From Octopus vulgaris (taxonomy: Eukaryota): a stretch of DNA of 64,000 bases. Below, piece after piece: positions 1 to 14,070 of the stretch. Numbering within the stretch: the stretch's first letter is position 1; every line of letters begins with the position of its first letter. The position numbers were made by a program, and so were the translations under genes. The notes beneath the pieces are model-generated. The model did not search any database. It was given only the letters and a program-made list of their open reading frames with translations, and was not told the DNA's origin. The stretch spans positions 62,930,001 to 62,994,000 of the forward strand of contig OX597824.1 of the NCBI GenBank assembly GCA_951406725.2, in the 5' to 3' direction.

Positions 1-2940
1 TTATAAATCCTCGCTGTCAATTTTCCGCGCTTGTGTTGTGGAGTAATAATCTAAGTGATTCATAGACCATTTGGGGTCTACCTCTAGTAGACTGGTGTTG
101 TATTCATTCAACACCCTTATTATAATTTTTGTATAAATTAACCATTGTGGTATTTTTAGTATGCTGGCCACTAATAAATCATTAAATAATGATTTTAGCA
201 CGTTTACACATCTCACCATTCTGTGATATTATGATTGGCACAGATATAAATGCTATTTTTAGCAAGTCATGAAACAGCGTAAATTTTTTTAAATATTCTA
301 AGATTGGATTTTAAAGTTGCTATAAGATTGCTTCAAGTTTAACAAAAATATATGCATTTTTCTTTCTATTATTAATTTTTTACGTCTATGTCGATTACTA
401 TCAGATGTGATGAGAGAAAGAAGGTTGTGTCTTTTGCATTCACCTGTTGTATATTCCCGCAAAATACATTATGTCGCTTGTTGAATGTTATCGTTTTTTA
501 AGTATAACTGTGAAACAGAAGTGTTTCAGGTAACAAATATTGTTTTCCAAAGGTTATCTATAATTGCAAATTTAGCACAGTGTTGTTTCTGCAACACCAT
601 CAGTTTGTAAGCCTTTTGAACGATCTGCCATGACGAAAATGGCTGAGGTTTGCCAATTACAAAGTTTTGAAGTGTTTTCACGACCACTTAATGTTTTATG
701 TAACTGATGTTGTTTTGGATAGACTATATAACACTACTGAAGGAGTCCAAATGCAAACATTCCGAGTGAGTAAAAGGTTCGAAACCTTTCATTTATCAAG
801 GACATCTACTGCTTATAGCGATTGATAATATCTCCTTGTTGTTTGTAATCAATTAAGTAATCTTGACTATCTGAGATTTCTGTTCATACATATACACACA
901 CATGGAATTTTGAGTAATGTGGTATTATGATGCCACGCAATTCTATAATGAGTTTACTCATGGCAATTTGCTCACATTTTACTGATTTAATAATTAAAGC
1001 TACTGCTTCTTTGACTCAACGGTACAGCTTTCTAAATGCAATTACATAAGAATAACACATATAGAGGTAAGGTTGTTCCTAAAGCCTCATAGGAAACCAG
1101 AGGTCTTATTAGAATAATTTCATGTCAATAACAATAACGGCGTTACAGTGTTGGTTCGAGCGCAGATTCAGAAGTATGCAAAATTATTATAGATCTTTGT
1201 ATCTGCCATGAGATATAAAACATATTTCTTATATTTTTCGATTACAAAATATAAACTATGTACTTGGTACATAATTCAATCTACATTAATGTGAATTATG
1301 GTTAAGAAATAACTACTTCGATTGCTACAACTATCAAAACTGTCAACGCTAGATTTTATGTATATTCAACTAATAAAACTATATAAATATCAAACAAAGT
1401 GCAGTTGAGTTAAAGGCTGGTTGAATCAGTTTATGTTTACTAACGGACATTTGCCAAAGAGGGGATATTTTAATGCATCAATACTTCATATATTTTTATT
1501 TCTCAAGCAGAGTGGAATAAACTGCAGGGAAATGAGGAAGTCACTGTGTGATCATTCGGCCTACTTGCAACTGGAGCCAAGTCCCCATCAGGCTATTATC
1601 TTGCAGTTGTTGCCCACTAAAATGCAGAACACGAGTTTTGAGGTAGATTGTCAGATGAAACATGAAATTATCAATGCTAGAATGTATTCGATCAGAATGC
1701 TCAATAAGTGGCCGTCTGGGATTAGACATCTAAAATTGTAACACCAACAGCAACGACAACAACAACATAATTTAATCATAAAATCTGTTTTACTTCGTAT
1801 TTGCAGTACTATTCTTCTATTACGAATATAAAGCGCTAATGCCCTAACATCCGGAGACATTATACGAAGATATTTTCACTAAATGTCTTTATTTTCTTCA
1901 AGAACCTATTTTAGTTTCGAAGAAGCTACTTCAAATTTTCAATAACAGGTTTTGTGCTCCTTATCGTCTACCATCGGTAATATAATTCTCGGAATTTAAT
2001 TCCATTACAGCGAGATTGACCTTTTGTCCCAATTGTAAATAAATCAGTATTTTATTTCGTTGACAATAAGTAATCAGTTGAGAAGTGGAAGTTACCATAG
2101 CCTGGGTCCTGTGTTTTTTCACCAAACCATCCCTAGACTAATTTGTTAAACGTTCTCCAAGGGTATAATTGTAATTTCCATTGCCTCACCATAAATATTA
2201 TTGGTTATTGAATCTGCTCCATATATCTATACTTGAACGAGTGTAAAGATTAATATTTCTCTTTGGTATATATCTACAGCATAGTAATTTTACTTGACCT
2301 GCGTTCTTATCATTGTAGAATATGAAAAACACCCACATACATTTTCCCTGAAGACAGTTATCGATTGTTATCCTGGTGACTCACTAAAATATTTTATTTC
2401 ATTTACATTGCAAATGAATTTTGTCAATGCATTCAAAGACCAAAATTGCTTTTATTAATCATGCAATTGCTAAATGTTGTAATACTTGTTGAATATTTTC
2501 TTTCATTAAGTGAAGCTTAATGCTCATTACATTTGACTGAAGCAGTGGAAGTGGGCTATAATCGTTTATCCATCAACGTCCTAGAGTCCACAGTCTCCTG
2601 TTCAAGGGAAACATTTCTGAAAATCCGAATATGATGGCAATATGATTTTGATTGTTGTTGCATCAATATTCTAGACGATACTAAAAAAAGTATTCATGGT
2701 AATTTCTTCTCAAGAACATTTAGGTTGTATATACAATTATTCACGTAAGTTTACGATTGGTAAAACATAATTCATAAACATAAAATTTCCTGTGAAACAA
2801 GTATATGCATGCATGCAAACATGTCTACAGGTAGACAAACATACACAAACACATATGTATATACATGCACGCATAATTGCGTGTATATATATATATATAT
2901 ATATACATGCATGCATACGTAATACATACATATATAATAC

Positions 2941-3008
2941 ACACATACATACATACATACATACATACATACATACATACATACATACATACATACATAC
3001 ATACATAC
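2941..3008. repeat. (CATA)n microsatellite, left flank of R4/Dong element
   Basis: Pure tetranucleotide tract read directly. Confidence 0.95.
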
Positions 3009-6000
3009 AAGACGACGCCTTCAACATCAGCGGTGCATGTATAAAGAACATTTTAAGATTTCTTTTTGAACCTATTCATCTACGCTTATATCGACTCTAC
3101 CAGCCTAATTCAGGAATTAGTTTATTCCTCCCGTTATTAATAAGAAAGACATCTTTAATTTACCAACGTAGCGTTATTCAGGCCGGATTTTAAAAGAATA
3201 TATTTCATAACGCGATCATGGTTGAAATTAATAAGAACAAAATCGACGAAAACAACACTATATCACCAGTCAGGTATTGGAGAAGATGTAAGTATGCCCC
3301 TTATTTTACGTTAACTCTACATCTAAACTAAGATCTAGTTCGATGCTATGAAGAAACCCGTGAAGACCTTTCTATCGGATATATGAATTAATGAAAAAAA
3401 AAATATGGGGACGAATTTCACTTCAGCTTAATCCGTTTTACTGCAGAACAACTTCGTCAGCAAGCATCTTTCTTCTAAAGCAAAATGGCTTGCTCTTGCG
3501 ATATAGATTGACCTTCTCAAAACACTCAGAACTGGCTAAAACCTACTAGAAAAGACGTCGAAAAGAATGTAAACAACCACTGCTACATCAGTTAATTTTC
3601 GTGTCTCTCCACATGAGGTTGAGTCAACAGAGAGAACTACGTAACATATTCAGCTCAGAAACATTCTGAAACTATTATTCGTAGAAATCCTTCTTACTTT
3701 TTCCGAACTATCGTTAAGCAATAGGTCCTTATATACAAAATATTAAAATATCCGATAGATGTAATACTGAACATTGCCGACGATATCGCTGCAGAGCACA
3801 TAGAATCGTGTGATGTTCGTTAGTGAAATAGAATCATGTAATGTTCATTAATATTATCAGTCTTAAAGGACACCTTCCTGAAATCCGTAGTACATATGGT
3901 AATGAAACTACTAAACGGAAGCAATCTAGAAGAAAACATCAACAATCTGAGCCGCTATGTTGGATGGCTAACCACGATAATAAAATTAACAGGAATTTTG
4001 AATTTACACATCATCAGTTACATATTACGAATAAATTAACAAACTTTATGTGAGTCTTTACGCCAAGGTCGTGAGGGAAGATTAATTTCACTAAAACACG
4101 CACGCAGGAAGCTGAGCGAAAATCTTCGCAGCTCAGGCGAATTTTTTAACAAGCCTATGTAAATCACAAGCCTACTTCTAACCTACAGACATTATATAGA
4201 GAAGTGAGAAAGGAAAATATTACCGTTAAGAAAGCCCCCGCTCAAGAAGATTTTGAATCATTTTGATTGAAAATTTGGAACGAAAAGAGGGATCTCATTT
4301 GTAATGCATCGTGGCTATATGCAAATAAGGAGAGAATAGTGTAACAACATCAATAGCAAAACATGCAATTGAACCGAAAACGTGCACCACTGCTTTAAAC
4401 AAGCTGCATAATGCGACAGCACCTGAAACGCATCCAATAGTTGAATAGTGGTATAAGATGCTGACATTTCATAGGCAGCCGCTAATATTTATTTTCGCAA
4501 GCACTACGAAAGGTCAGATTGACACACACACACCAGATTGGCTTACTATACTTATTATAGCCAAGAATGAAATCACCTGTGTTGGCTAGAAAAAATAAAG
4601 GTGGCCTCAACCAATTCTCCCAGCATCATCGTGAGTTCAACAAATTGGCGACAGAATAGCAGCAGGCCGGTGGAGCGAAGGGAGTTTTGGGGTGTACTGA
4701 ACAAACTTTTATGAATAAAGCTGTACTGTCTGAAGTAACAAAACAACATATGAACTTTACAAGAGTATAGCTTGATTATAGGAAGCCATTTGACCCTTAT
4801 TTATCACTCATGGCTGCTGAAGTATTTCCATTTGGCAGAAGTGCCTGCTATCTGAATTTTTGCCATTGAGAGGTTCACAAAGACATGGGCAAAAGCTCTT
4901 ACTGTCAGAACTAAGGACGGAATTATCGAATCTAATGTTATAAATATCTCAAAAGAAATATTCCAAGCAGATAGTTTTTCTGTAATTTTGTTCATTTTGG
5001 CATTAACTCGATTGCCATTCCTGCTACAAAAATCAAATGGTTACATACTAAAGTATTCAACTATCAGAGATATTGATGTAATCCATATTTTCTTTGTGGA
5101 TGACTTCAAGATTTATGCTACAAAGGTTAACAATACCAAAACAAAAACAGCTGGAATTAATAGAAACAATTTTAGCTGAGATCGGAATCGAATTTGGCCA
5201 AAGGAAATATTCATATTTGATTGTTGAAATGGTAAAATCAGTCGCACAGACACAAAGCCTATGTATCAATGGCCTTACTATCTCCCCTGTCCCAGATAAA
5301 GAATGCTACAAGTACCTACGCATTGAGGTACGAATGTACTCTGAATAAAGATAGAAGGACCAGAGAATTTTATATCAGACTTCGGAAAAGTTGACAGTCA
5401 GAACACTCCTCTTACAAGACAATATCCCACAGGACATTTACTGTACCAGTGCTGATTCCAACATTTTGTACATTTGACTGGTCTGTAAAAGAAATTTACT
5501 CAATAGATGTTCAAACACGTATGTTACTGACACCAACTAGAAATCTCCGCAGAATAGCAATATCGAGAGGCTCTAAATAAGAAGGGATAAAGGAGGTAAA
5601 GTTTGAGATCAGTGCAGATACCCCTCAAATATCGTATAGTCTCTTTCAGACAACACTAAACAACAGCAGCAAAAATAAATACGTTAATTTAATACTAAAA
5701 AGTGAAAACTTGTCAGAAGAAGCACACTCTTATTGATGACCACGCATACAACGCCAAATCAGTCGGACTAACTTCCCGCAAAGAAGACGCCGATGTGAAT
5801 CTCTCGGTATACCAAAAAAGAATATGCATAGGTATATTTCCTGAAGACTTGAAGAAGACAGTAATATGACGCGAAACCGCACTTGTATTCGTGAGCGGTA
5901 CATCACATCAAATTTCGAAGGGTGTGCATTTGCAATCCAAGAATAGAAGAGTGTTACTAAATACTTAATAAACAAATGAGACAGTGAAGGCCTCGGATAT

Positions 6001-6513
6001 CTAAGATGCAACCGAATATGTAAATTATGTCATATTTCTGTGGAAGACATCAAACATGTGATTAGCAGCTTCCCAAATATGCCATCAAGTTACTACTTCT
6101 CTTTGCAACTTGACGTTATCGGAAAAACAATATACAATGCAATTCAGAAAAAAACGGTTGTACTGCAATGAATATAAAGAATGCCGGTATTATTTAATAC
6201 GTGCACTAGCATCAACACCAGGAACATTCCAGTGTAAGCACAGATCGGCAAGTACTGTTATTTGGAACAGGCAAGAAAAATATGTACCATCATAGAAGTC
6301 AGTTGTCCTGCAGATGTGAATATCTCTTTGAAAATCGAACACAAAGAGGGTAACTCTGGACTACAGCTTTGACACCTCTAGCTTTTTTATTCATATCATA
6401 AATGTACATTTATGTCCGAGTTCAGTCCCACTGCGTGGCACCTTCTAAAATAGGCTCGGGCCGACTAAAGCCTTGTGAGTGGATTTGATAGACGGAAATG
6501 AAAGAAGCCTGTC

Positions 6514-6552
<39 letters not shown>

Positions 6553-7130
6553 TGTATGCATGTATGTATGTATGTATGTATGTATGTATGTATGTATGTA
6601 TGTATGTATGTATGTATGTGTGTGTGTATATGTTTGTGTCTGTGTTTGTCGCCCCAACATCGCTTGACAACCTATGCTGGTGTGTTTACGTCCCTGTAAC
6701 TTAGGGGTTCGGCAAAAAAGACCGATAGAACATGTACTAAGGCTTACAAAGAGTAAGTACTGGTGTCGATTTGCTCGACTAAAGGCGTTGCTCCAGCACG
6801 GCCAGAGTCAAATGACTGAAACAAGTGAAAGAGTAAAAGAATACATCTATACCAATAATAATTGGCGCACTAGGTTTCGTGAGAAAATGCTTAAGAAGCA
6901 TTCTGGATAAGCTTGGATTTTCAAAAAAGGAATTCCAGTAATTAAGATTACAGATTACAAATACAATCTGTAAGTGAAAGGATAAAGATATGCAAGATTG
7001 TTCTCAAGTTTAAATATGACATTGTTTCGGTATCTACATTCCATGGATGGAGCTTTCTAACATTGTGAGAAACCAAATCCTTCTCAAAAGAAGAATTTAA
7101 ATAATTAAACCAAAAGAAAACACCCATACA
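3009..7130 (+). mobile_element. Near full-length decayed R4/Dong-clade non-LTR retrotransposon (RT, zinc knuckle, REL endonuclease), interrupted by a SINE
   Basis: Frameshifted + strand motifs: GCTEQTFMNKAVL, LDYRKPFD..HSWL (~4690-4820); IFQADSFSVILFILAL, HIFFVDDFKIYA (~4960-5120); YKYL; FEGCAFAIQE, CKLCHISVEDIKHVISS (~5910-6070); IEVSCPAD (~6290); IPIIIGALG resumes at ~6849 after the SINE; 3' UTR runs into (CATA)n. Confidence 0.9.
6418..6843 (+). mobile_element. Octopus-type tRNA-derived SINE (5' truncated) with internal (TA)/(TATG) tract
   Basis: B-box-like GAGTTCAGTCCC, body GCCTTGTGAGTGGATTTG.., tail GACTGAAACAAG; related copies at 41660-42080 and 50760-50920; splits the R4 C-terminal reading frame. 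Confidence 0.85.
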
Positions 7131-7189
7131 TACATCCGCACATAAATAAAAACACACATACATACATACATACATACATACATACACAT

Positions 7190-8395
7190 AGCGTATCATA
7201 TCCCTTCGGCAACATCTTTTAACCACCAAATGTTCAAGTGCATCCCTTGATCATGTTTGTATACTTGAGGCTGATAACTTTATAAGACTTGGAAGTCAGC
7301 ACTTTCAGCAACATTCTTTGTTTGATAACCTAGAATACATGCCCAAAGTAGTTGCACAACTTTACCGCAACTTATCATTAGACGAAAGGATGAACCTATA
7401 TGAGCAGAAGACTATGCATGGATATGTTAGTAGAAAACTCCGAGATGACAGTAACATTGATCATCAAAGCAGTCTATCATGGACCAATAACCTGATTACT
7501 ACCTCCCGCTTTGAAGGATATGCATTTGAACTCCAGGAACAGCAAATATCAGCCAAGTACCTCAAGCACAAAATCGATAGAAATGCAGGAAAAGCAGTAA
7601 AATGTGACAACCGATACAGAATTTGTGGAGTGAACACCGACGATGTCACCCACGTCATAAGCAGGTGTCCGGAAATATCATCATGGTATTATTTACAGAT
7701 GAGACATGGTGTTTTTAGCTAGGACACACTATAATGAAATCTGTCAGAAGGATGACCCCGAGGACAAAGAAGTATGATGGGAACCTTAGCCACTTATAAT
7801 AAAAAAATGAGTACAGGTGGAATGTCCCACTTGAAGACCTCAATGAAATGTAAGCACATCAGACCTGGTATAATGATTTGAGATAGAGAAGAGAAACTGT
7901 GTGGGGTTGCGAAAATTAGTTACCCAGTGGATGTTAACCTTAAGCTGAAAATCAGTGAAAATGAGAATACCTACGCTGCACTATTGAGAAACCTGCTGTT
8001 ACTCTATCCAGATTACAAGTTCAGGTTTATACCTGTAATTATTGGGGTCCTGAGAAATGTAATACACTGCCTAAATACCAATCTTGAGAAATTAGGCTTC
8101 TCAAAACCAGACAGTAGGAAGCTAATTCGAAAACTACATCACTGGAACTGTAAAAATCTGTAAAATCTTTCCAGAAGTTTATCATTTAAATATACATATG
8201 AGAATTCTAGATATGCAACTCTATGCATGAGAATGTATAAAGCTAAACATACAAATCTGCACAAGTACATACTTACATACAGCCAAAAATACCCTGTTGT
8301 TGGTGGAGAAATTCCAATGAAGGAGCCTTGGATATAAGTTAGAAACTGGCTCTTTTTCTAATGGCAAGAAATTTTGGAATAAAACTGAACAGTGA
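7190..8395 (+). mobile_element. 5'-truncated second R4/Dong element (zinc knuckle, REL endonuclease, 3' UTR)
   Basis: ORFs 7318-7722 (KTMHGY, FEGYAFELQEQ, RICGVNTDDVTHVISRCP) and 7927-8163 (LLYPDYKFRFIPVIIG) are homologous to the C-terminus of the upstream element; (CATA)n on both sides. Confidence 0.9.
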
Positions 8396-8629
8396 CATAC
8401 ATACATACATACATACTTACATACTTTTTCAACACTTTGAAACACATTGTCTGAGTCAATAATTCTGAATATGTAATGTGATAAATTTACCTATTCCATA
8501 TTCTGGACCATGTGTGTTGAAGAATAAAAGAGAAATTGATGAAGAAATATGACAGAAACACAAAGTTTCAATCAGATATTTGTGGAAAGCATTTCAATAA
8601 GCTACAATAGTATATCTACGATTGAATAT

Positions 8630-9050
<421 letters not shown>

Positions 9051-9214
9051 TGCCTTGATGCAGTACCAGACAGTGGCACTCGTGGCTTCTGATCTTAACT
9101 GATTGGAAGTGTTAACATGTACATTGTTTTGTCCACCGGTGCTACGGTATAGAGAGATATAAGACATCCGCCGGTAAACTGGTGTTACGGGCTCAAAGGG
9201 TTAATCATAGTCAC

Positions 9215-9600
9215 ATATTTGGGCACAAGACCTGCGATTTCGGCCCCAAAGGGATGGAAGGCAAAGTCGACCTTGGTGAATTTTGAACTCAGGAGGTAAA
9301 AACGGACGAAATGCCGCGGCGTGCGAACGAGTTTGTCATTTCACTACCGTAATAATAACAACAATAATATATTTACTGTATCTGAGGCCAGCAATTGGGG
9401 AGAGGGTACGGGGATTACATCGACCCCAGTACACAACTAGTACTTGATCATTCTACCCGGCTTGCTAACGATTCTGCCTGCTTGCTGCCGTAATTATAAT
9501 TATTTCAAATTTTGCGACAAGGGCAGCGATTTTGGGGGAGATGAGTCGATGACATCGATCTCACTGTTCAGCCGCTAAATATTTTATCGATCCTGATTTT
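9215..9600 (-). mobile_element. Cluster of degenerate tRNA-derived SINE fragments
   Basis: GGCAAAGTCGACCTTGG..TTTGAACTCAG and ATCGACCCCAGT match the SINE at 31819-32220. Confidence 0.7.
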
Positions 9601-9609
9601 ATCAGCCAG

Positions 9610-10040
9610 AAAAGAGCATTTAGCCGTATTCCTTTACTGATTAATTGGCACCGAAGTTTTGCCGGCATTTCAAAAGTGTTACATGACAGTTACCAACATA
9701 TTTCAGAAAAAATATCCTCGTTTCAGACAAATCTTGCCTCTTCTGCTTATTGTAGTCTTTAGACGTAATAGAAATATTAGAGAAATATTGACCAGTTCCT
9801 CTAATAAAAGCACCATTGCAGTTTCTAAACCTTGCACCCAAGAAACACCCATAAGACAGGTGAGCCAAGTTCGATGTGCAATAACATGTGTCAGACCAAT
9901 TACATCAAGAATTATAACAGAAATGTTATGATTTACACAGAAGGAACCTGTAAGGATTCCGATTTCGTGTATGCAGCGGAATGCACCAAACACAAAATGA
10001 TTTATGTGGATTGCACAACAGAACGATTGCAAAAAAGATG
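9610..10040 (+). mobile_element. Penelope-like element fragment (linker and GIY-YIG start)
   Basis: IVVFRRNRNIREIL..KPC..RC..TC, then GTCKDSDFVYAAECTKHKMIYVDCTTERLQKR. Confidence 0.8.
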
Positions 10041-10469
10041 TATGTATGGGTGTGCATCTGTATGTATGCATATTCATGTGCTTGCATGTCCATGTGTGTA
10101 TATTTTTTTATGTATGTGTGTGTGTGAGCGTGTGTTCGTATATGTATGCACGTCTGTCTCCGTGTGTGTGTGTGTGTGTGTTTTGCGACTATGTACCATG
10201 TTTGTATGTATGGATGTGCATCTCTATATGTAGGACAAGTGTCTCGACATCTGTCCTTGTGTAGAGTAAAGTGTGTGTGTATATATGGTCATGTGATTCA
10301 GCTTCCATTTCATTTGTGTATGTTTGCTTGTCTGTTCATAAAACCTATGTAACCTATGTACCTATCCGTCTGTATGTTGATCTTTTTATTTTCATATCCA
10401 TATTATTACATACATGTGCACACACACACATACACACACACACACGCATACATACATCTACCTACATAG

Positions 10470-11360
10470 CAGTCCACTAACTATTCTATTCAACCTGTGT
10501 AAAGTATGGAGGACTGTTTTTGTCGACATATTGTCTCAAATGTTCATTCAGTCGTTCCGCAATGCTCCTAGATGTCTCCTCTATGTACGTCATGTTCATG
10601 TCTATACATCTTATACTGTAAACTACATTTCGAATTCTACACTTAATGCCAGGGCTAATCCGAAGTAGCATGCAGTTATCATCGTGCATATAGTATTCTC
10701 AAAGGGGTACGTCCTATATAGTTGTGATCTGACGGAATTCCCTGGCTTTTCAACAATCTTAATATTAAGTGTGGTCTCCTTCATAGCTTTTCTAAATCTA
10801 CGGGCTAGTTCTCCATGGGCTGTGGCCTCTACAAACAGCACTCCTTGATATTTGTCGGTTTTATACCACGTTTTCGCCCTGTTTGCTTTGTAAGAAGTTC
10901 TTTGTATCCTATTCCATTCTTTGTTTCTATATCTAGGGCAGCTACCACTCATATCATTACGTATAATGTTGTCTAATTTCTTTCTATACCCCTCTGTATA
11001 CTCGAACCCTATCTTTCTGTTCATATCCAGAGAACTGCATGCGGTGCATGAAGTTCTGTACATGTTTTTTGGTTTCATCGAGTTCTCATATTGGGAACAC
11101 ATGGTTCATTATTCTAAGTCTGCTATCAGTATGTTAATTTTCATGTCGTGTGACAAAGCTGAGTTCTTGTGAACAACATATTTTGAAGTTATGGGTTTCA
11201 TGTAATAAAAGTGGAGGAGCTGCATTCTATTGTTCACAGTCTCTAATCAACGTTCAGTGAGTCTATTGTTGGGGTGCTTAGTGGGGTAATCTATAGTTAC
11301 CTTGATACTTTGGTGGATGGAGTTAGATATTAGCTTGATACACTCCACTGTCTCGATTGT
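10470..11360 (-). mobile_element. Penelope-like element fragment (RT thumb to GIY-YIG)
   Basis: SIHQSIKVTIDYP, FYYMKP (RT thumb); TWYK..GVLFVEAT..EL (10623-11102); CRIRNVVYSIRC..YIEETSRSIAERLNEH (10486-10689). Confidence 0.85.
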
Positions 11361-11954
11361 TGCATAAAAAGGGGGCAGAAATTCCACAAGGGGAAATCAC
11401 AAAGCTAATCAGTTCTGTGCAAAAAATAGTTTCTGAATTAAACATTGCAAAGGAAATATCGAATGCATACTAATGTATTAGTCCTACCTATCGATTACAT
11501 TTCAATTGTTTGCTTTGCGTATTAAATAAAAGATTTTGAAAATTAGAGGTGTCTATTTACTTCCTGCATGTCTGTGTATATGTATGAATGTAAGTATCTA
11601 TGTATGTACGTACGAATTTATGTATGTGTATATAATTGATTAACATTTAAATTATATTTTACTCCTACTTGTAAGTCCAAACACACATATATTAGTACTT
11701 CAGAGCCGAAACATATGTACACACATGTGTATGAGTGTGCTTTGATGAGTGGGTGGCTACATATATATACAAACATTTTTATTTGCTTTTTGTCATATCA
11801 GTTTAACATATACATAATTTATTTGATTTGCCGAAAGTAAAATAAATTCTTTATTCAACATTTCTATCTTGCATCTTTCTTATCATTATTTACTTATCTA
11901 AACTGATAACACACGTTTCTTACGAGTTGTTTGACCGCCTAGTATATATACATG

Positions 11955-11959
<5 letters not shown>

Positions 11960-12015
<56 letters not shown>

Positions 12016-12016
12016 G

Positions 12017-12074
<58 letters not shown>

Positions 12075-12078
12075 TATA

Positions 12079-12127
<49 letters not shown>
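11960..12127. repeat. (TA)n microsatellite (one of more than 25 TA/CA/TATG tracts in the window)
   Basis: Read directly. Confidence 0.95.
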
Positions 12128-12128
<1 letters not shown>

Positions 12129-13964
12129 TTATACACTCACACACGCACACACAATTTCGTGATAATGATTATGTTACGTTTGAAACAACAATGTTTTATA
12201 GATATGTTTTTCGTCCCTCGACGATTGTAATTATCTTTATTGTTATGTGTCTAAATATGATGGTAGAAATGTTGGTAACTCGTAGGTTTTATATAATGAA
12301 ACACCTATAAAAAATGTATATCATATTCTCTATACGGCCTATAATTACCACAGTCGTACATTTAAAAGTGTGATAACGGCTGTTTTTAATTCTAGGTATT
12401 ATAAGTATTATCTGTAACCAATGGAGTCAACGAAACAGATAAGAACTTCAAAATTTTTTGCAACTTTTTTTAATTTCTTCACTTCTCTTCGGTATCGTTT
12501 TCCTACAAACGGTATAGTGTAGCAGTAAATTTCTCTTATTCTTATTATTACTTATTTTGTTGAACGAAACTGATGTCACATAAATTATTAAAAATTGAGC
12601 CTTGTGTTAATATATTTACAGATAACCCTCAGTGCATACAATGTTGCTTAAAACAGAATAATAAAATGTTGTAGTATAATTTTGTGTTTTATGTTGTATT
12701 GTTCACTTTTTCCGTTAAATTTTTACTGATACTATTGTTGAACTTCTTGTTTTGGAGACCCTTCCTATTTGATCTGTTCTGTAACCTTTGTAACAAAATT
12801 CTAATTATTTTTCTTCTTTAGTCAGTAAGTGTTATTTCTTATGTGCTTCTATCTAGAAATCAAAGTAAATGATGAAATGATCACTATTCCCTTCAAACTT
12901 TGCTTTTGTGATCCGGACATCCTTGTTTCGAAAGACAGATTCAGCAGTAGAAATAACGTTTTTGCAAATATTCTGTTCAGTACCACAGATATGTTTGCTA
13001 ATCGCTTGACCTTAACCACTTGAGCATGCCCCTTAGAGGCTGGCAATATTGTAATCACTGATCATGAGCAGAAATAATAGGAAAGAATCATAGCCATGTG
13101 TTGGAAGGGATTCTCTGGTGTTTAAATAAATGTAAAACTAGCAAAGATTGAAGGGAATATTAGCCATTTCTCATACTTAGCCAAGAGTCATGTTATACAG
13201 TGTAATTAAAGGCGCTTAACCATCTAGTCTTTATGAACTTATTTTCCTCACATTGTTTAACAACTTCATTTACTTGAAGTCAGTTGACTATTACTTTTAA
13301 AACATTTGGCTACTATATCTTGCATATAAACGTACCCACTTAGGATTCCTCTGCTTCCTCATTTTTCAAGGAAATATCCTTTTATTCCCCAAGGCGTTAT
13401 ATAGAAAAACAATCAATTACATTTATAGCGGACCATTTGCCGACCACGTTTGTTGCTAACGAGGAACTTGTCTATAACGAAGACAGTGTTTAAAATATGA
13501 ATATGAATATCATATGAGTTATAACAAAACAAAAGTTATTTTGTCTCTGCCCAGCTGGTTCTGGCCGATTCTACAACTGTAGTAAATAAAAAGTGAAATA
13601 CCATTCACAGCTTTCTGCAAAATGGTTTAAGCTGTTAGAGTTTAAAACTCCAAAAACATTCGCAAGATAAAGAAGAGATGGTCATGTTTAGATGACAAAC
13701 CTATACAGAACTATAGATGACAGGAAAATAAGCGTCAATTGCGTCACAAAGAAGAATAAATATTTTGCACTGAGGATGTATAAATTTTTTTTTAATCCAA
13801 TCGAATTCTAATAGCATCCATCAAAATAAGTAAACCTGGCAACTTCTTCGGATAAAGTTTTCTTTAATCTATTCTGTAAATTTCTGTACTTGTTTTTACC
13901 AAAGTGGACCATCATTAATTTCATTGTGTTGTACAGTTTCAGTAAAATAAACAATGTATCAAGT

Positions 13965-14070
13965 AGTCAGATTGGTTAGGAGCTCAGGCAGAAAAGTTCA
14001 CTGTATTTTATTCTGCTCTCCACGAATTGAGTTCAAATGCCACTGGCGGGAAGTTTGCCTTTTATCTCTC
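13965..14070 (+). mobile_element. Old SINE head relic
   Basis: TGAGTTCAAATGCCACTGGCGGGAAGTTTGCCTTTTATC aligns to the SINE core TGAGTTCAAATTCCGCCGAGGTC..TTTGCC seen (reverse complement) at 31819-32220. Confidence 0.55.
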
